Positions 29,649 through 40,187 of a DNA stretch of 64,000 nt are shown piece after piece. The stretch lies in assembly GCF_049913135.1 (NCBI RefSeq), contig NZ_CP183977.1, forward strand, positions 4,400,053-4,464,052, read 5' to 3'. The position numbers were made by a program, and so were the translations under genes. The first letter of the stretch is position 1. The number at the start of each line of letters is the position of its first letter. The notes beneath the pieces were generated by a model, which saw only the letters and a list, made by a program, of their open reading frames with translations, was not told the origin of the DNA and made no database searches. This stretch comes from Pedobacter sp. R-06 (lineage in GTDB: Bacteria; Bacteroidota; Bacteroidia; Sphingobacteriales; Sphingobacteriaceae).

Positions 29649-29718
29649 TTTGGAGATTTAATAAAATAAACTATCATCCATAGTTTTCGCTTTAAGCTTT
29701 GGTCTTTACCCTTTCCGC

Positions 29719-30594
29719 TTAATCACCGTCAATATATCTTTTTGTAATTGGCTGATAAGAATCAATTCTTCTGTCTCTTAAAAAAGGCCAATGCTTACGG
29801 AAGAAATCAGATTCTGATAAATCCAGTTCAACTACCTCGGTTTCTTCCTGATCGTGAGAAGCCAAATAAAGTATTTTGCCCTGTCCGTTTGTGGCGAAAC
29901 TTCCACCCCAGAATTTCATGGCGCCATCTTGCTCAAAACCTACGCGGTTTACACTTACTACAGGTACACCGTTTGCAACCGCATGTGAACGTTGGATGGT
30001 TTGCCAAGCATTGTATTGATCTTGGTTGGTTTCTTCGTCCTGATCGGTAGCCCAGCCAATTGCAGTTGGATAAAACATGATATCTGCACCCATTAATGCT
30101 GTAATACGTGAAGCTTCCGGATACCATTGATCCCAGCAGATCAGGATACCAATTTTAGCAAACTTGGTTTGGAAAACCTTATAGCCTAAGTCGCCAGGGG
30201 TGAAATAAAACTTTTCATAGTAAGCCGGATCATCTGGAATGTGCATTTTACGGTATTTGCCTAAATATGAACCATCAGCATCTAAAACTGCCGTTGTATT
30301 GTGGTATAAACCTTCAGCACGTTTCTCAAACAAAGAGGCGATAATTACCACGCCCAATTCTTTGGCCACCACTTGTAAAGCATCAGTAGATGGGCCTGGA
30401 ATGGCTTCAGCTAAATCGAAATTGTCGTAATCTTCAACATCGCAGAAATACAAAGAAGTAAAAAGCTCTTGCAAACACACAATCTGTGCACCTTTTGCAG
30501 CCGCTTCTCTTACTTTAGTAATCGCTTTATCCAAATTTTCTTGTTTATCTTTAGTACAACTCATTTGCACTAAGCCAACTTTTACTTTCTTCAT
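29719..30594 (-). CDS. aguB: N-carbamoylputrescine amidase (carbon-nitrogen hydrolase family)
   Basis: MKKVKVGLVQMSC... Nitrilase-superfamily catalytic E-K-C (ILICWD). 291 aa. Adjacent to aguA. Confidence 0.8.
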   Translation of the reverse strand: MKKVKVGLVQMSCTKDKQENLDKAITKVREAAAKGAQIVCLQELFTSLYFCDVEDYDNFDLAEAIPGPSTDALQVVAKELGVVIIASLFEKRAEGLYHNTTAVLDADGSYLGKYRKMHIPDDPAYYEKFYFTPGDLGYKVFQTKFAKIGILICWDQWYPEASRITALMGADIMFYPTAIGWATDQDEETNQDQYNAWQTIQRSHAVANGVPVVSVNRVGFEQDGAMKFWGGSFATNGQGKILYLASHDQEETEVVELDLSESDFFRKHWPFLRDRRIDSYQPITKRYIDGD

Positions 30595-30848
30595 GTTTTT
30601 TGAAATGAGAGAATGAAAGAATAATTGAATGATTAACGTATTGCTACTTATTCAAAACCCTATCATTCAAAATTAGGCTGCAAAGTTACTATTTTGTTTA
30701 AAAGTAGAACGGCATAATTATGTAATTGTTTTTCGGAAAAGCAAAATGTAAGTGGAATCAGATATTATATTTATAATACGAATTTGCCTTTTGTTCGATT
30801 AATATTGCAAGCCCAATGATTGTTTTTGGTTACTTTGCCCAACGCCAT

Positions 30849-30914
30849 CGTCATGCTGAATTTATTTCAGCATCTTTTATATCATTAAGACCCTGAAATA
30901 AATTCAGGGTGACG
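30849..30914. repeat. family-2 repeat GTCAYSCTGAATTTATTTCAGSRTS, inverted pair
   Basis: cgtcatgctgaatttatttcagcatc ... gaccctgaaataaattcagggtgacg. Confidence 0.7.
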
Positions 30915-30968
30915 TAACTTATAAAAAAAACCTAAAAATATTCTACTAATTATCGATGGGATTACAAC

Positions 30969-30993
30969 AAAAAACCCCGATTTTCATCGAGGC
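30969..30993 (-). terminator. rho-independent terminator for the flotillin gene
   Basis: Minus strand: cctcgatgaaaatcgggg hairpin followed by a run of six T. Confidence 0.6.
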
Positions 30994-31016
30994 TTTCCGT
31001 CTTAATTTAAAACAAA

Positions 31017-32984
31017 TTAAGGGTTGATATTATCCTTTTTAGGCTTTGGTTTTGTTTCTACAATTTCTGCAACGGCCACCACTTCTTTACGTTTTTCCGG
31101 GTCCATGAGCTCCATCAGTTTCAAGCCCAGTAGGCCATCCATCGCCGAGCCACCATGATTACCACCATTGCCACCGATCAACACATCAGGGATCAGCTTC
31201 ACGTTACCTTTCGATAACTCTTCGGTAATTTTGTAACGCGTAAAGTTTTCGCCGCCCAAAGCTTTCACGGCAAGCTCGTAAGCTTCGGCAGTTGATTTAC
31301 CTACGGCTAAAATTTTACCTGCTTCTGCACTACCGGTTAACGAAATCTGTTCAGCCTCCGCTGATGCACGCAACTTAATGGCTTCCGAATCGGCCTGTGC
31401 TCTTGCCTTGGTCGCTTCAGCCTCGGCATGCGCTCTCATTTTAGTGGCCTCAGCCTCCGCTCCTACAGCTAATTTTACACCAGCGGCATCACCTTCTGAT
31501 TTTTTTACCGTTGCACTTGCAGTACGTTCGGCAATTTCTACACTTTGTTGTGCCTTCACAATATCTTTCTGCATATCGGCAATCGCAGTCTCTTTTTCCA
31601 TTCCCTGACGCGTTTCCTGCGCTTGTTTTTGGGTTTCGTAAGTAACCTTTTGCTCTTCCGCAATTTTACGGTCGGTTAAAGTTTTCATTAACGATTCTGG
31701 CGGAACAATATCACCAATTAGCGTATCGACAGCATTTACGTTATATTCGTCAAGCACTTTACGGATATGCTCTTTTGCCGATTCCTGACGCTCTTTACGG
31801 GTACTTAAGAAAGCAATCACATCACTTCCTTGTGCGGAGTTACGGAAATAGTTACCAATTGTGGGCTCTAAAACCTGCGAAACCAGATTCACCATATTCC
31901 CAAAACGTGCAATTACCTTAGGGGCCTCTGTAGTTGGTACGTGGATAATCTGCGCAACATCTAAATTAAAAGGGAAACCATCTCTAGAACGAACGGTAAT
32001 GGTTGACAGGTTTTTATCCAGATTATGCGCCTCACTACGTGCTGATGCCCAGTTTAACACCAAATTGGTTGTTGGTACCAGCTCCACTTTCATAATATAT
32101 TTGTTGATCGGATATTTACCCGGACCAAGTGGTTCCAACCAAACACCTTTTGAGCCTTTGCCAACAATATTACCATGTTTAAAGTCTGCACCGGTTAAGT
32201 CATTTCCATCCGTACCTATAAATGAGATTACAACACCAACATAGCCGATTGCAATTTCGGTCATCGGAATTTCCTCCAACTGGATTGCCCAAGGATTGAG
32301 GTTATAAGAACCTGCCAAAATTACTTGGGGCTGCAAACCACGGTTACCACCTTGTTTTATAAAGGCATCGAAATCCTGGAAATTATTGTGTCCATCAACC
32401 AATTTACCAGCAATCTGATTGGCCTCAATTGGTAAACCATCTAAAGTGGTTACAATGCCCACCATACTTTCCTGAATGCGGATCATATCCGTAACAGAAA
32501 CCTGAAACAGCATGGTATTGATACGATAAGAACCAGAGGTAATGTAAGATGTTTGCCGGCCTCGCTGACCACCATTTTCGAGAAACTTCACCGCATCCTG
32601 AAAATTATCAGACTCTACCTTTTGCCCAAGGATATTCCCTGTTGGGATTTCTGAACCATCTTTGGCCATAATCAGTCCGATTTTACCCTCCGGTATAATG
32701 GTAAACTGTTCCATCGTTACGCTGTACTGCCAGAACCACATCCCGAAATACAATCCTGGCGCCAGGGTTTTTCCCTGAAACCCGGCTTCGCCTTTAATCG
32801 CGATGATGCGGCCATCGGGCAGCTCCCGATCAGAACCAAAGAGCACGAATTTTTTGGTAATCAATCCGATCCTATCTTCGGGTACGATGACCATCCCGAA
32901 TAAGAAACGTAAAATATATTTGTATAAAACTACGCACAACAGTGCCACTAAAACCCACCAATAATTAGAAATGAGCGCTTCCAT
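31017..32984 (-). CDS. flotillin family protein (SPFH/band 7 domain)
   Basis: 655 aa. N-terminal TM helix. SPFH domain. C-terminal A/E-rich coiled repeats (AEAEATKMRAHAEAEATKARAQADSEAIKLRASAEAE). Confidence 0.8.
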   Translation of the reverse strand: MEALISNYWWVLVALLCVVLYKYILRFLFGMVIVPEDRIGLITKKFVLFGSDRELPDGRIIAIKGEAGFQGKTLAPGLYFGMWFWQYSVTMEQFTIIPEGKIGLIMAKDGSEIPTGNILGQKVESDNFQDAVKFLENGGQRGRQTSYITSGSYRINTMLFQVSVTDMIRIQESMVGIVTTLDGLPIEANQIAGKLVDGHNNFQDFDAFIKQGGNRGLQPQVILAGSYNLNPWAIQLEEIPMTEIAIGYVGVVISFIGTDGNDLTGADFKHGNIVGKGSKGVWLEPLGPGKYPINKYIMKVELVPTTNLVLNWASARSEAHNLDKNLSTITVRSRDGFPFNLDVAQIIHVPTTEAPKVIARFGNMVNLVSQVLEPTIGNYFRNSAQGSDVIAFLSTRKERQESAKEHIRKVLDEYNVNAVDTLIGDIVPPESLMKTLTDRKIAEEQKVTYETQKQAQETRQGMEKETAIADMQKDIVKAQQSVEIAERTASATVKKSEGDAAGVKLAVGAEAEATKMRAHAEAEATKARAQADSEAIKLRASAEAEQISLTGSAEAGKILAVGKSTAEAYELAVKALGGENFTRYKITEELSKGNVKLIPDVLIGGNGGNHGGSAMDGLLGLKLMELMDPEKRKEVVAVAEIVETKPKPKKDNINP

Positions 32985-33529
32985 AATCTTTTATATTTTT
33001 CTATTTTTTAACCTGATAAACCATTTATCAAGCACGATATAGATATCAAATGACGTGCTTTGTTACCATTTTTAACACTTATTTTCAAACTATTTTTTAT
33101 TGAATTTAAGGCGTTAAAGATGACCCAGGATCAGCTGAACTCAAAACACCAACTGCAGATGACATTTTGAAGAATACCCTAGCTGAACGCTTATAAATGC
33201 TAAAAACTAACCTTTTAGGTTTTAGTAGATCGTGGCGGAAATTTTAAATGTATAAACTACAATTAATCGAAAAAATGTGTTTCTTTTTTGACCTATACAA
33301 TTGACCAAAAAGGGATACATTGCTGGTCATATCGGATTGGAAAAGAAATAACGACGAGCAAGAATGAAGAATGCTCAGAAAAGGGCAGCACCCTGGTAAA
33401 CTAAACCCGATTGCACGAATGCCGATTCCTTCTAATCGGCAGAAGGAAAAGCGGGGCTGGAACCAACCCAAAGGCGCGGAACCCTGCTTTTCAAATTATT
33501 TAACCACAAAGACATGAAGATCACAAAGT

Positions 33530-33751
33530 TTATACGCCAATCTCTTCTCTATATTCCTGCTGCAACTCAAATAAACATTTGGCACAGAGGCAGCCATCGT
33601 AGAGTTCGGATATATATTGCACTTCATTAATGCTTAACTGTACCACACTACACTGACATTTAGTGTAAGAATTTGCCTTACATTCAATAGCACTATTGCA
33701 TCGCTCGCAAGGGATGATTTCGTGTTTGCTATGTTTTAAGGTTGAAGGCAT
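33530..33751 (-). CDS. cysteine-rich small protein (CWC-type), hypothetical
   Basis: 73 aa with 10 Cys arranged as CxxC/CxC pairs. Confidence 0.45.
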   Translation of the reverse strand: MPSTLKHSKHEIIPCERCNSAIECKANSYTKCQCSVVQLSINEVQYISELYDGCLCAKCLFELQQEYREEIGV

Positions 33752-33775
33752 AAGGTATAAGATTTAAGGTAAACC
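33734..33775. repeat. family-3 hairpin repeat module
   Basis: ttttaaggttgaaggcataaggtataagatttaaggtaaacc. Overlaps the start codon of the 73-aa ORF. Confidence 0.5.
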
Positions 33776-33850
33776 TATTGCATTACAAAAATATAAACAA
33801 AAAATAAGGTTTTGAGCGTTTGCCCAAAACCTTACGATATGATTAGATTC

Positions 33851-33924
33851 GTCATCCTGAACTTGTTTCAGAATCTATGTTATACAGATGTTATACAGAT
33901 GTTGAACTAAATTCAGCATGACGA
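33851..33924. repeat. family-2 repeat, inverted pair enclosing an 11-bp tandem (atgttatacag x2.5)
   Basis: cgtcatcctgaacttgtttcagaatc - tatgttatacagatgttatacagatgttg - aactaaattcagcatgacg. Confidence 0.65.
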
Positions 33925-33936
33925 TATTGTGCGAGA

Positions 33937-36321
33937 TTAACCTGAACAGCTGATACAGCCTTCTTCCATTGAACAAACTGGTCCGTCAACGATTTCTTCT
34001 GCAACCTGATCTTGTGTCATTTCGGCTGGGATAACCGCTTCAATTGCTTTACCACCCTGGTTCTCTACTGTAAATTTAACGGCCTGAGAAGCTGCTTGTG
34101 TACGCAAGTAATACATACCGGTTTTTAAACCTTTCTCCCATGCATAGAAGTGCATTGAAGTTAATTTTGATGTATTTGGTGCGTTTACGAACAAGTTTAA
34201 CGATTGCGATTGGCAGATATATGCACCACGATCGGCAGCCATATCGATGATATTACGCATCTTGATCTCCCAAACGGTTTTATACAATTCTTTAATATAA
34301 TCTGGAATTGAATCAATAGCCTGGATTGAACCGTTAGCCAATATGATCTGATTTTTCATATCGTTGTTCCATAAACCTAATGCTACTAAATCTTTCAATA
34401 AATGTTTGTTTACCACTACAAACTCTCCACTTAATACACGACGGGTGTAAATGTTAGAAGTATATGGCTCGAAACATTCGTTGTTACCTAAAATCTGAGA
34501 AGTAGATGCAGTTGGCATTGGTGCAACCAATAATGAATTGTACACACCATCTTTAACTACTTTTTTGCGCAATGCATTCCAATCCCAACGGCCGCTATCT
34601 GGTGTAACATTCCATAAATCGAACTGGAATTTACCTTTTGATAATGGCGAACCTTTAAATGTTTGGTAAGGACCATTTTTCACAGCCAAATCATGCGAAG
34701 CCGTCATCGAAGCAAAATAAATCGTCTCGAAAATATCTTTATTTAAACGTTTAGCCTCATCACTTTCGAAAGGTAAACGCAATAAGATAAAGGCATCAGC
34801 CAAACCTTGTACACCTAAACCAACCGGACGGTGGCGCATGTTTGAGTTTTCGGCTTCTGGCACTGGGTAATAGTTGTGGTCGATGATTTTGTTCAGGTTT
34901 AAAGTAGCCTGATAAGTTACATCGTATAATTTTTGGTGATCGAAAGCACCATTAATTACGAAACGAGGTAATGCCAATGAAGCTAAATTACAAACTGCAA
35001 CTTCATCTTTAGAAGTGTACTCGATAATTTCGGTACATAAGTTAGAGCTTTTAATGGTACCTAAGTTCTGTTGGTTAGATTTGCTGTTCGCTGCATCTTT
35101 AAACAACATATATGGTGTACCGGTTTCGATTTGCGAATCTAAGATAGCAAACCAAAGTTCCTGTGCTTTAATGGTTTTACGGCCACGGCCTTCTGCTTCG
35201 TATTTAGTGTATAATTCTTCAAACTCCTTACCGAAACAATCTGCCAAACCTGGTGCTTCGTGCGGGCAGAATAATGTCCAATCGCCATTGTCTTTAACAC
35301 GCTGCATAAACAAATCGTTAATCCAAAGGGCATAGAACAAATCACGCGCACGCATTTCTTCTTTACCATGGTTTTTACGAAGATCCAAGAATTCGAAAAC
35401 ATCTGCATGCCAAGGTTCTAAATAAATAGCAAAGGCACCTTTACGTTTACCTCCACCCTGATCTACGTAACGGGCAGTATCGTTAAATACGCGTAACATT
35501 GGAATAATACCGTTACTTGTACCGTTTGTACCACCAATGTATGATCCTGTTGCACGGATGTTGTGGATGCTTAAACCAATACCACCTGCACTTTGCGAAA
35601 TTTTAGCCGTTTGCTTTAATGTATCGTAAATACCTTCGATACTATCATCCTGCATGGTTAACAAGAAGCATGACGACATTTGAGGTTTTGGTGTAGCTGC
35701 ATTGAACAAAGTTGGTGTAGCATGTGTAAACCAACGCTCGCTCATTAAGTTATACGTTTTGATTGCACTCTCGATATCCTCTTTGTGGATACCAACAGAA
35801 ACACGCATAAACAAATGTTGCGGGCGTTCTACAATCTGTCCGTTAACTTTTAAAAGGTAAGATTTTTCTAACGTTTTAAAACCGAAATAATCGAAACCGA
35901 AATCGCGGTCGTAAATGATCGAACTATCTAAAATATCCTTGTTTTTTTCTATAATCTCATAAACATCATCAGCGATAAGAGGAGCATCTTTCTGCGCTTT
36001 CGGGTCGAAATATTCGTACAACATTTTCATCGTACCCGAGAATGATTTAATGGTGTTTTTATGTAGGTTGGAAACCGCAATACGCGATGCCAACAAAGCG
36101 TAATCAGGGTGTTTTGTTGTTAACGAGGCAGCAGTTTCTGCAGCAAGGTTATCCAACTCCGATGTGGTTACACCATCGTATAAACCTTCGATAACCTTTT
36201 TGGCTACATCGATTGGATCTACCAGATCTGAATTTAAACTATAGCACAACTTTTGAATACGGGCTGTGATTTTGTCAAATTGCACCGCTTCTTTGCGGCC
36301 ATCTCTTTTTAGTACGAACAT
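33937..36321 (-). CDS. nrdA: ribonucleoside-diphosphate reductase alpha subunit (class Ia, eukaryote-like) with N-terminal ATP-cone
   Basis: ATP-cone [22 protein letters not shown]. 794 aa. Catalytic Cys/Asn/Glu motifs. C-terminal CxxC tail ([12 protein letters not shown]). Confidence 0.9.
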   Translation of the reverse strand: MFVLKRDGRKEAVQFDKITARIQKLCYSLNSDLVDPIDVAKKVIEGLYDGVTTSELDNLAAETAASLTTKHPDYALLASRIAVSNLHKNTIKSFSGTMKMLYEYFDPKAQKDAPLIADDVYEIIEKNKDILDSSIIYDRDFGFDYFGFKTLEKSYLLKVNGQIVERPQHLFMRVSVGIHKEDIESAIKTYNLMSERWFTHATPTLFNAATPKPQMSSCFLLTMQDDSIEGIYDTLKQTAKISQSAGGIGLSIHNIRATGSYIGGTNGTSNGIIPMLRVFNDTARYVDQGGGKRKGAFAIYLEPWHADVFEFLDLRKNHGKEEMRARDLFYALWINDLFMQRVKDNGDWTLFCPHEAPGLADCFGKEFEELYTKYEAEGRGRKTIKAQELWFAILDSQIETGTPYMLFKDAANSKSNQQNLGTIKSSNLCTEIIEYTSKDEVAVCNLASLALPRFVINGAFDHQKLYDVTYQATLNLNKIIDHNYYPVPEAENSNMRHRPVGLGVQGLADAFILLRLPFESDEAKRLNKDIFETIYFASMTASHDLAVKNGPYQTFKGSPLSKGKFQFDLWNVTPDSGRWDWNALRKKVVKDGVYNSLLVAPMPTASTSQILGNNECFEPYTSNIYTRRVLSGEFVVVNKHLLKDLVALGLWNNDMKNQIILANGSIQAIDSIPDYIKELYKTVWEIKMRNIIDMAADRGAYICQSQSLNLFVNAPNTSKLTSMHFYAWEKGLKTGMYYLRTQAASQAVKFTVENQGGKAIEAVIPAEMTQDQVAEEIVDGPVCSMEEGCISCSG

Positions 36322-36412
36322 ATTTTATGAGATTTAAGTTTTATTATTAAGTCGTGAGTATCAAGTATCAAGACCTAATCATCACTTTGTATTTTTTGTT
36401 TTTTATTTAATT

Positions 36413-36472
36413 GGTATCAAGATTTAAGCAGCAGGTATCAAGATTTAAGCAGCAGGTATCAAGATCAATACC
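36413..36472. repeat. 21-bp tandem direct repeat GGTATCAAGATTTAAGCAGCA x2.8 in the nrdB-nrdA intergenic region
   Basis: ggtatcaagatttaagcagca ggtatcaagatttaagcagca ggtatcaagatcaatacc. Two extra copies of the GTATCAAG core at 36358-36373. Confidence 0.8.
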
Positions 36473-36486
36473 TTTTGCCTTCTACC

Positions 36487-37458
36487 TTAAAAGTCTTCAT
36501 CTAAAGAAAAGGCCTGTTTGTTATTATCAGCAGATGTTAATACACCACTTTTTTGATAATCGCCAACACGTTTCTCGAAGAAGTTGGTTTTACCCTGCAA
36601 TGAAATCATTTCCATAAAATCGAATGGATTGGTTGCATTGTAGATTTTTTTGTAACCCAGCTCCTGTAGCCATCTGTCGGCTACAAATTCGATATACTGG
36701 CTCATTAATTTTGCATTCATGCCAATTAAAGCAACCGGTAATGCGTCAGTAATAAATTCTTTTTCAATTTCTACAGCATCACTAATAATACCATGAACTG
36801 CTTCTTCGCTCAATTTATTGCTTAACATACTATAAAGTAAACAAGCAAATTCGCAGTGTGAACCTTCGTCTCTCGAGATCAGTTCGTTACTGAAAGTTAA
36901 TCCCGGCATTAAACCACGTTTCTTTAACCAGAAAATAGAGCAGAAACTTCCGCTGAAGAAAATACCTTCAACCGCAGCAAATGCTACTAAACGCTCAGCA
37001 AAAGTTCCGTTTTCAATCCAACGTAAAGCCCATTCTGCTTTTCTTTTCACCGCAGGTACGGTATCAATGGCATGGAACAAACGGTCTTTTTCTTCCGGAT
37101 CTTTAATATAAGTATCGATTAACAGGGCGTAGGTTTCGGCATGGATATTTTCCATCATAATCTGGAAACCATAAAAACAACGTGCTTCCGGCAATTGAAC
37201 CTCACTCATGAAGTTTACCGCAAGGTTTTCGTTCACAATACCATCACTAGCAGAAAAGAAAGCAAGGATGTGAGAAATGAAATGTCTTTCGCCATCGTTT
37301 AAATTGTCCCAGTGTTTCTGGTCATCAGAAAGATCAATCTCTTCTGCAGTCCAAAAACTAGCTTCGGTCTTTTTATACATTTCCCAAATTGCCGGATACT
37401 TAATCGGCAAAAGCACAAATCTATCTTTGTTTTCTTGTAGTAATAATTCCTGTTCCAT
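36487..37458 (-). CDS. nrdB: ribonucleoside-diphosphate reductase beta subunit (class Ia)
   Basis: 323 aa. Di-iron ligand motifs (EAVHAE..., EGIFFSG). C-terminal FSLDEDF. Confidence 0.9.
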   Translation of the reverse strand: MEQELLLQENKDRFVLLPIKYPAIWEMYKKTEASFWTAEEIDLSDDQKHWDNLNDGERHFISHILAFFSASDGIVNENLAVNFMSEVQLPEARCFYGFQIMMENIHAETYALLIDTYIKDPEEKDRLFHAIDTVPAVKRKAEWALRWIENGTFAERLVAFAAVEGIFFSGSFCSIFWLKKRGLMPGLTFSNELISRDEGSHCEFACLLYSMLSNKLSEEAVHGIISDAVEIEKEFITDALPVALIGMNAKLMSQYIEFVADRWLQELGYKKIYNATNPFDFMEMISLQGKTNFFEKRVGDYQKSGVLTSADNNKQAFSLDEDF

Positions 37459-37913
37459 ACGCTGATATTTTTAATTCTATTTTTTTAACAGAGCCGACAA
37501 AGGCACGCATCCATCAATTTTATATGATGATTGTAATGTCTTTTATCAAAACGCTGTTGTGAAAGTGCTAACCCTATTGCCTGACAAACAACTGAGTTTT
37601 TAGTTAGGTAAAATTTAAAATTGCAATCAGGTGATGTACGTATAAATTACTAAAAACTAAGCTTTTATATTTGTTTTCAAGCGCAAGAAGTTAAAGAACT
37701 TTGTTATAACAAATATATATACGGTGGCCCTTTTTTGTGAACCAAAGTTGTTAACACCCTGCTCAATTGCTGGGGAAAAACGATCAGTCGAATATCATTT
37801 TCAAGCGAAAAAAAAGCTAATTGTTTCTTTTCAAGGGCTTAGCAAACCGAAATGAGTGTTAATAACTTAAATTTGAGGGGTATAATAAGCGCTAAATAGA
37901 GCCAAAAGGAGTA

Positions 37914-38294
37914 TTACTCAACGGTATAACTGAGGCTTACTTTAGCTATGCCTTTATGGAAAATACCAATCTGTTTTGCAGCACGTTCAGACAGATCGAT
38001 GGCTAATCTTTTAGAGAAAGGGCCACGGTCATTTACCTTCACAACTACCGATTTTCCGTTATCTGGATTGGTTACTGTAACCAGGGTGCCGAATGGCAGG
38101 GTACGATGGGCAGCTGTTAGCTTTTTTGCCCGGTATTTAGCGCCGCTGGTGGTGCGGCGGCCTTCGAATTTTCTGTGATAATAAGTGGCGAGAACTGTTT
38201 TTTTGATACTATCCGGTTCATTTGATGAACCAGATTCTTGTGCTTTACCTTGTAAAAACAGGAAACAAAAACTTAATAACAGAAGATACTTCAT
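37914..38294 (-). CDS. rlpA: RlpA-like septal ring lytic transglycosylase family protein (DPBB domain)
   Basis: Signal peptide. YYHRKFEGRRTTSGAKY...GTLVTVTNPDNGKSVVVKVNDRGPF. Confidence 0.7.
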   Translation of the reverse strand: MKYLLLLSFCFLFLQGKAQESGSSNEPDSIKKTVLATYYHRKFEGRRTTSGAKYRAKKLTAAHRTLPFGTLVTVTNPDNGKSVVVKVNDRGPFSKRLAIDLSERAAKQIGIFHKGIAKVSLSYTVE

Positions 38295-38438
38295 AGGCTA
38301 AATTTTCTTTATCGAGCCTACAAATATAAGCATTTAGTTTATAATCAATAATTTGTGGAAAAACAGCCTTATTTTGTGCATTAAAAAAGGCGTACAACTT
38401 ATCGCTGTACGCCCTTACCTAACCCTTCTACATCCACC

Positions 38439-38942
38439 TTATTTTTGATCTGGCACGAAATTCATTGAGATCGAATTTACGCAATGACGGGTGTCTTTAT
38501 TGGTAAATCCTTCGCCCAAAAATACGTGGCCAAGATGCGCACCACAATTGGCGCAAACAATTTCTGTACGTGAACCATCGGCATCGGGAATACGCTTTAC
38601 AGCGCCTTTAATTTCGTCATCAAAAGCAGGCCAGCCGCAATGTGCATCAAACTTACTTTCCGAACGGTATAAGGCTGCGTTACAACGCTTACAGGTATAA
38701 GTTCCTTTATCCGTTGTATGTTCATATTTACCTGTACCAGGGTATTCTGTACCTTTATTTACAATTACTCTTTCTTCTTCGGGTGTTAATGGATTCCAGT
38801 TCATTTTCTTCTTTGGTATGATTTGCTCTGTTTCCTTCGATTGTTTTACAGCTTTCTTATCTTGCTTTTGAGCACAAGCAGAAAGACTTGTTATTAAAAC
38901 AACAGCAGAAAGCAAAAATAGTTTATTTAACATCGTTTTCAT
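38439..38942 (-). CDS. msrB: peptide-methionine (R)-S-oxide reductase MsrB, secreted/lipoprotein form
   Basis: Two CxxC pairs (CKRCNAALY..., CANCGAHLGHVF). Signal peptide with lipobox-like LSAC. Confidence 0.85.
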   Translation of the reverse strand: MKTMLNKLFLLSAVVLITSLSACAQKQDKKAVKQSKETEQIIPKKKMNWNPLTPEEERVIVNKGTEYPGTGKYEHTTDKGTYTCKRCNAALYRSESKFDAHCGWPAFDDEIKGAVKRIPDADGSRTEIVCANCGAHLGHVFLGEGFTNKDTRHCVNSISMNFVPDQK

Positions 38943-39110
38943 ATATCAATATACGATATAGATTTTGTTTTGGTTTGCTGGTTTAGTGGTTTGTATTAGT
39001 GTTTACAAAGGAATGATAATTCAGTTTGATGTTGAGAGTTTTCAGCTGGGAGTTTTGGGTGCAGAACCTCAACCTGACAAATTTCTGGTGGTTTAACCTA
39101 AAATTTTAAG

Positions 39111-39162
39111 ATTAGCTTCGCTGAGCACTTTCGTGGCTCCAGCCTGAGCGGGAATGACGACA
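39111..39162 (-). repeat. family-1-related repeat unit (variant shared with 52943-53007)
   Basis: Reverse complement gtcgtcattcccgctcaggctggagccacgaaagtgctcagcgaagctaatc. Compare the 52943 copy cgtcattttgagcggagtgcaacacagtcgagaaccacgaaatgctcagcgaagctaaatc. Confidence 0.65.
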
Positions 39163-39254
39163 TAAGAAGAAAGATGGCAGTAACACCTAACTTTGTGTGT
39201 TTTGCGCCTTAGTGGTTAAATATAAATTGCATCCTTGCGGTTAAAAATAATGCC

Positions 39255-39294
39255 TAAAATAAAAAAGCGTCCCGAAATTAATCGAAACGCTTTT
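39255..39294 (-). terminator. terminator candidate downstream of sucD
   Basis: aaaagcgt...acgctttt stem. On the minus strand it is followed by a T-run (plus strand aaaaaa at 39260-39266). Confidence 0.5.
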
Positions 39295-39314
39295 CTATAA
39301 AGAGATTTTAAATC

Positions 39315-40187
39315 TTATTTTGCTAATTCTTCTGCCATTGCAGCACCGATTTCAGCAGGACTTTCTACTACACGGATACCACACTCACGCATGATTTTCA
39401 TTTTAGCAGCTGCAGTATCATCAGCACCACCAACAATAGCACCAGCATGGCCCATTCTACGTCCCGGAGGCGCAGTTTGACCAGCGATGAAACCAACAAC
39501 AGGTTTAGTACCGTTTTCTTTGATCCAACGGGCAGCTTCTGCTTCCATTCCACCACCAATTTCACCAATCATGATGATACCGTGAGTTTCAGGATCGTTC
39601 ATTAATAATTTGACTGCTTCTACAGTAGGTGTTCCGATAATTGGGTCACCACCGATACCGATAGCTGTTGTAATACCTAAACCAGCTTTAACAACCTGAT
39701 CTACCGCTTCGTAAGTTAAAGTTCCTGACTTAGAAACCACACCTACATGACCTTTTTTGAAGATAAAACCTGGCATGATACCAATTTTAGCTTCATCAGC
39801 AGTAATTACACCCGGACAGTTAGGGCCGATAAGTGTAACATCGCGGTCAGCAATATATTCTTTAACCTGAATCATATCCTTAGTTGGGATACCCTCAGTA
39901 ATACAAACAATAACTTTAATACCACCTTCGGCAGCTTCCATAATTGCATCAGCAGCAAAAGCTGGTGGCACAAAAATGATAGATACATTTGCACCCGTTT
40001 TATCAACGGCATCTTTAACAGTATTAAAAACAGGCTTTTCTAAATGCAATTGCCCACCTTTGCCAGGCGTTACACCACCAACTACGTTTGTACCATAGGC
40101 CAGCATCTGCTCAGCGTGGTAAGTTCCTTCGTTTCCGGTAAAACCCTGAACGATAACCTTAGAATCTTTATTTACTAAAACGCTCAT
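39315..40187 (-). CDS. sucD: succinate--CoA ligase subunit alpha
   Basis: [45 protein letters not shown]. Phosphohistidine loop GHAGAI. 290 aa. Confidence 0.95.
   Translation of the reverse strand: MSVLVNKDSKVIVQGFTGNEGTYHAEQMLAYGTNVVGGVTPGKGGQLHLEKPVFNTVKDAVDKTGANVSIIFVPPAFAADAIMEAAEGGIKVIVCITEGIPTKDMIQVKEYIADRDVTLIGPNCPGVITADEAKIGIMPGFIFKKGHVGVVSKSGTLTYEAVDQVVKAGLGITTAIGIGGDPIIGTPTVEAVKLLMNDPETHGIIMIGEIGGGMEAEAARWIKENGTKPVVGFIAGQTAPPGRRMGHAGAIVGGADDTAAAKMKIMRECGIRVVESPAEIGAAMAEELAK

Noticed and set aside
33244-33471. 75-aa minus-strand ORF between the flotillin and Cys-rich genes; cobalamin/RNase P-like words (gggcagcaccctggtaaac)
   Set aside because: Translation is Cys/Phe/Ser-rich and low complexity. 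The RNase P-like stretch is complementary rather than identical to the P-domain consensus, and the other conserved blocks are missing.
36411-36617. 68-aa ORF MVSRFKQQVSRFKQQVSR… in the nrdB-nrdA spacer
   Set aside because: Its repeated peptide is simply the translation of the 21-bp tandem DNA repeat, and it runs into the nrdB 3' end on the opposite strand.
37459-37913. NrdR box upstream of nrdB (acaaatatatatac near 37700)
   Set aside because: Only a weak, partial resemblance to the NrdR consensus acaCwAtATaTwGtgt. No second box at the expected spacing.
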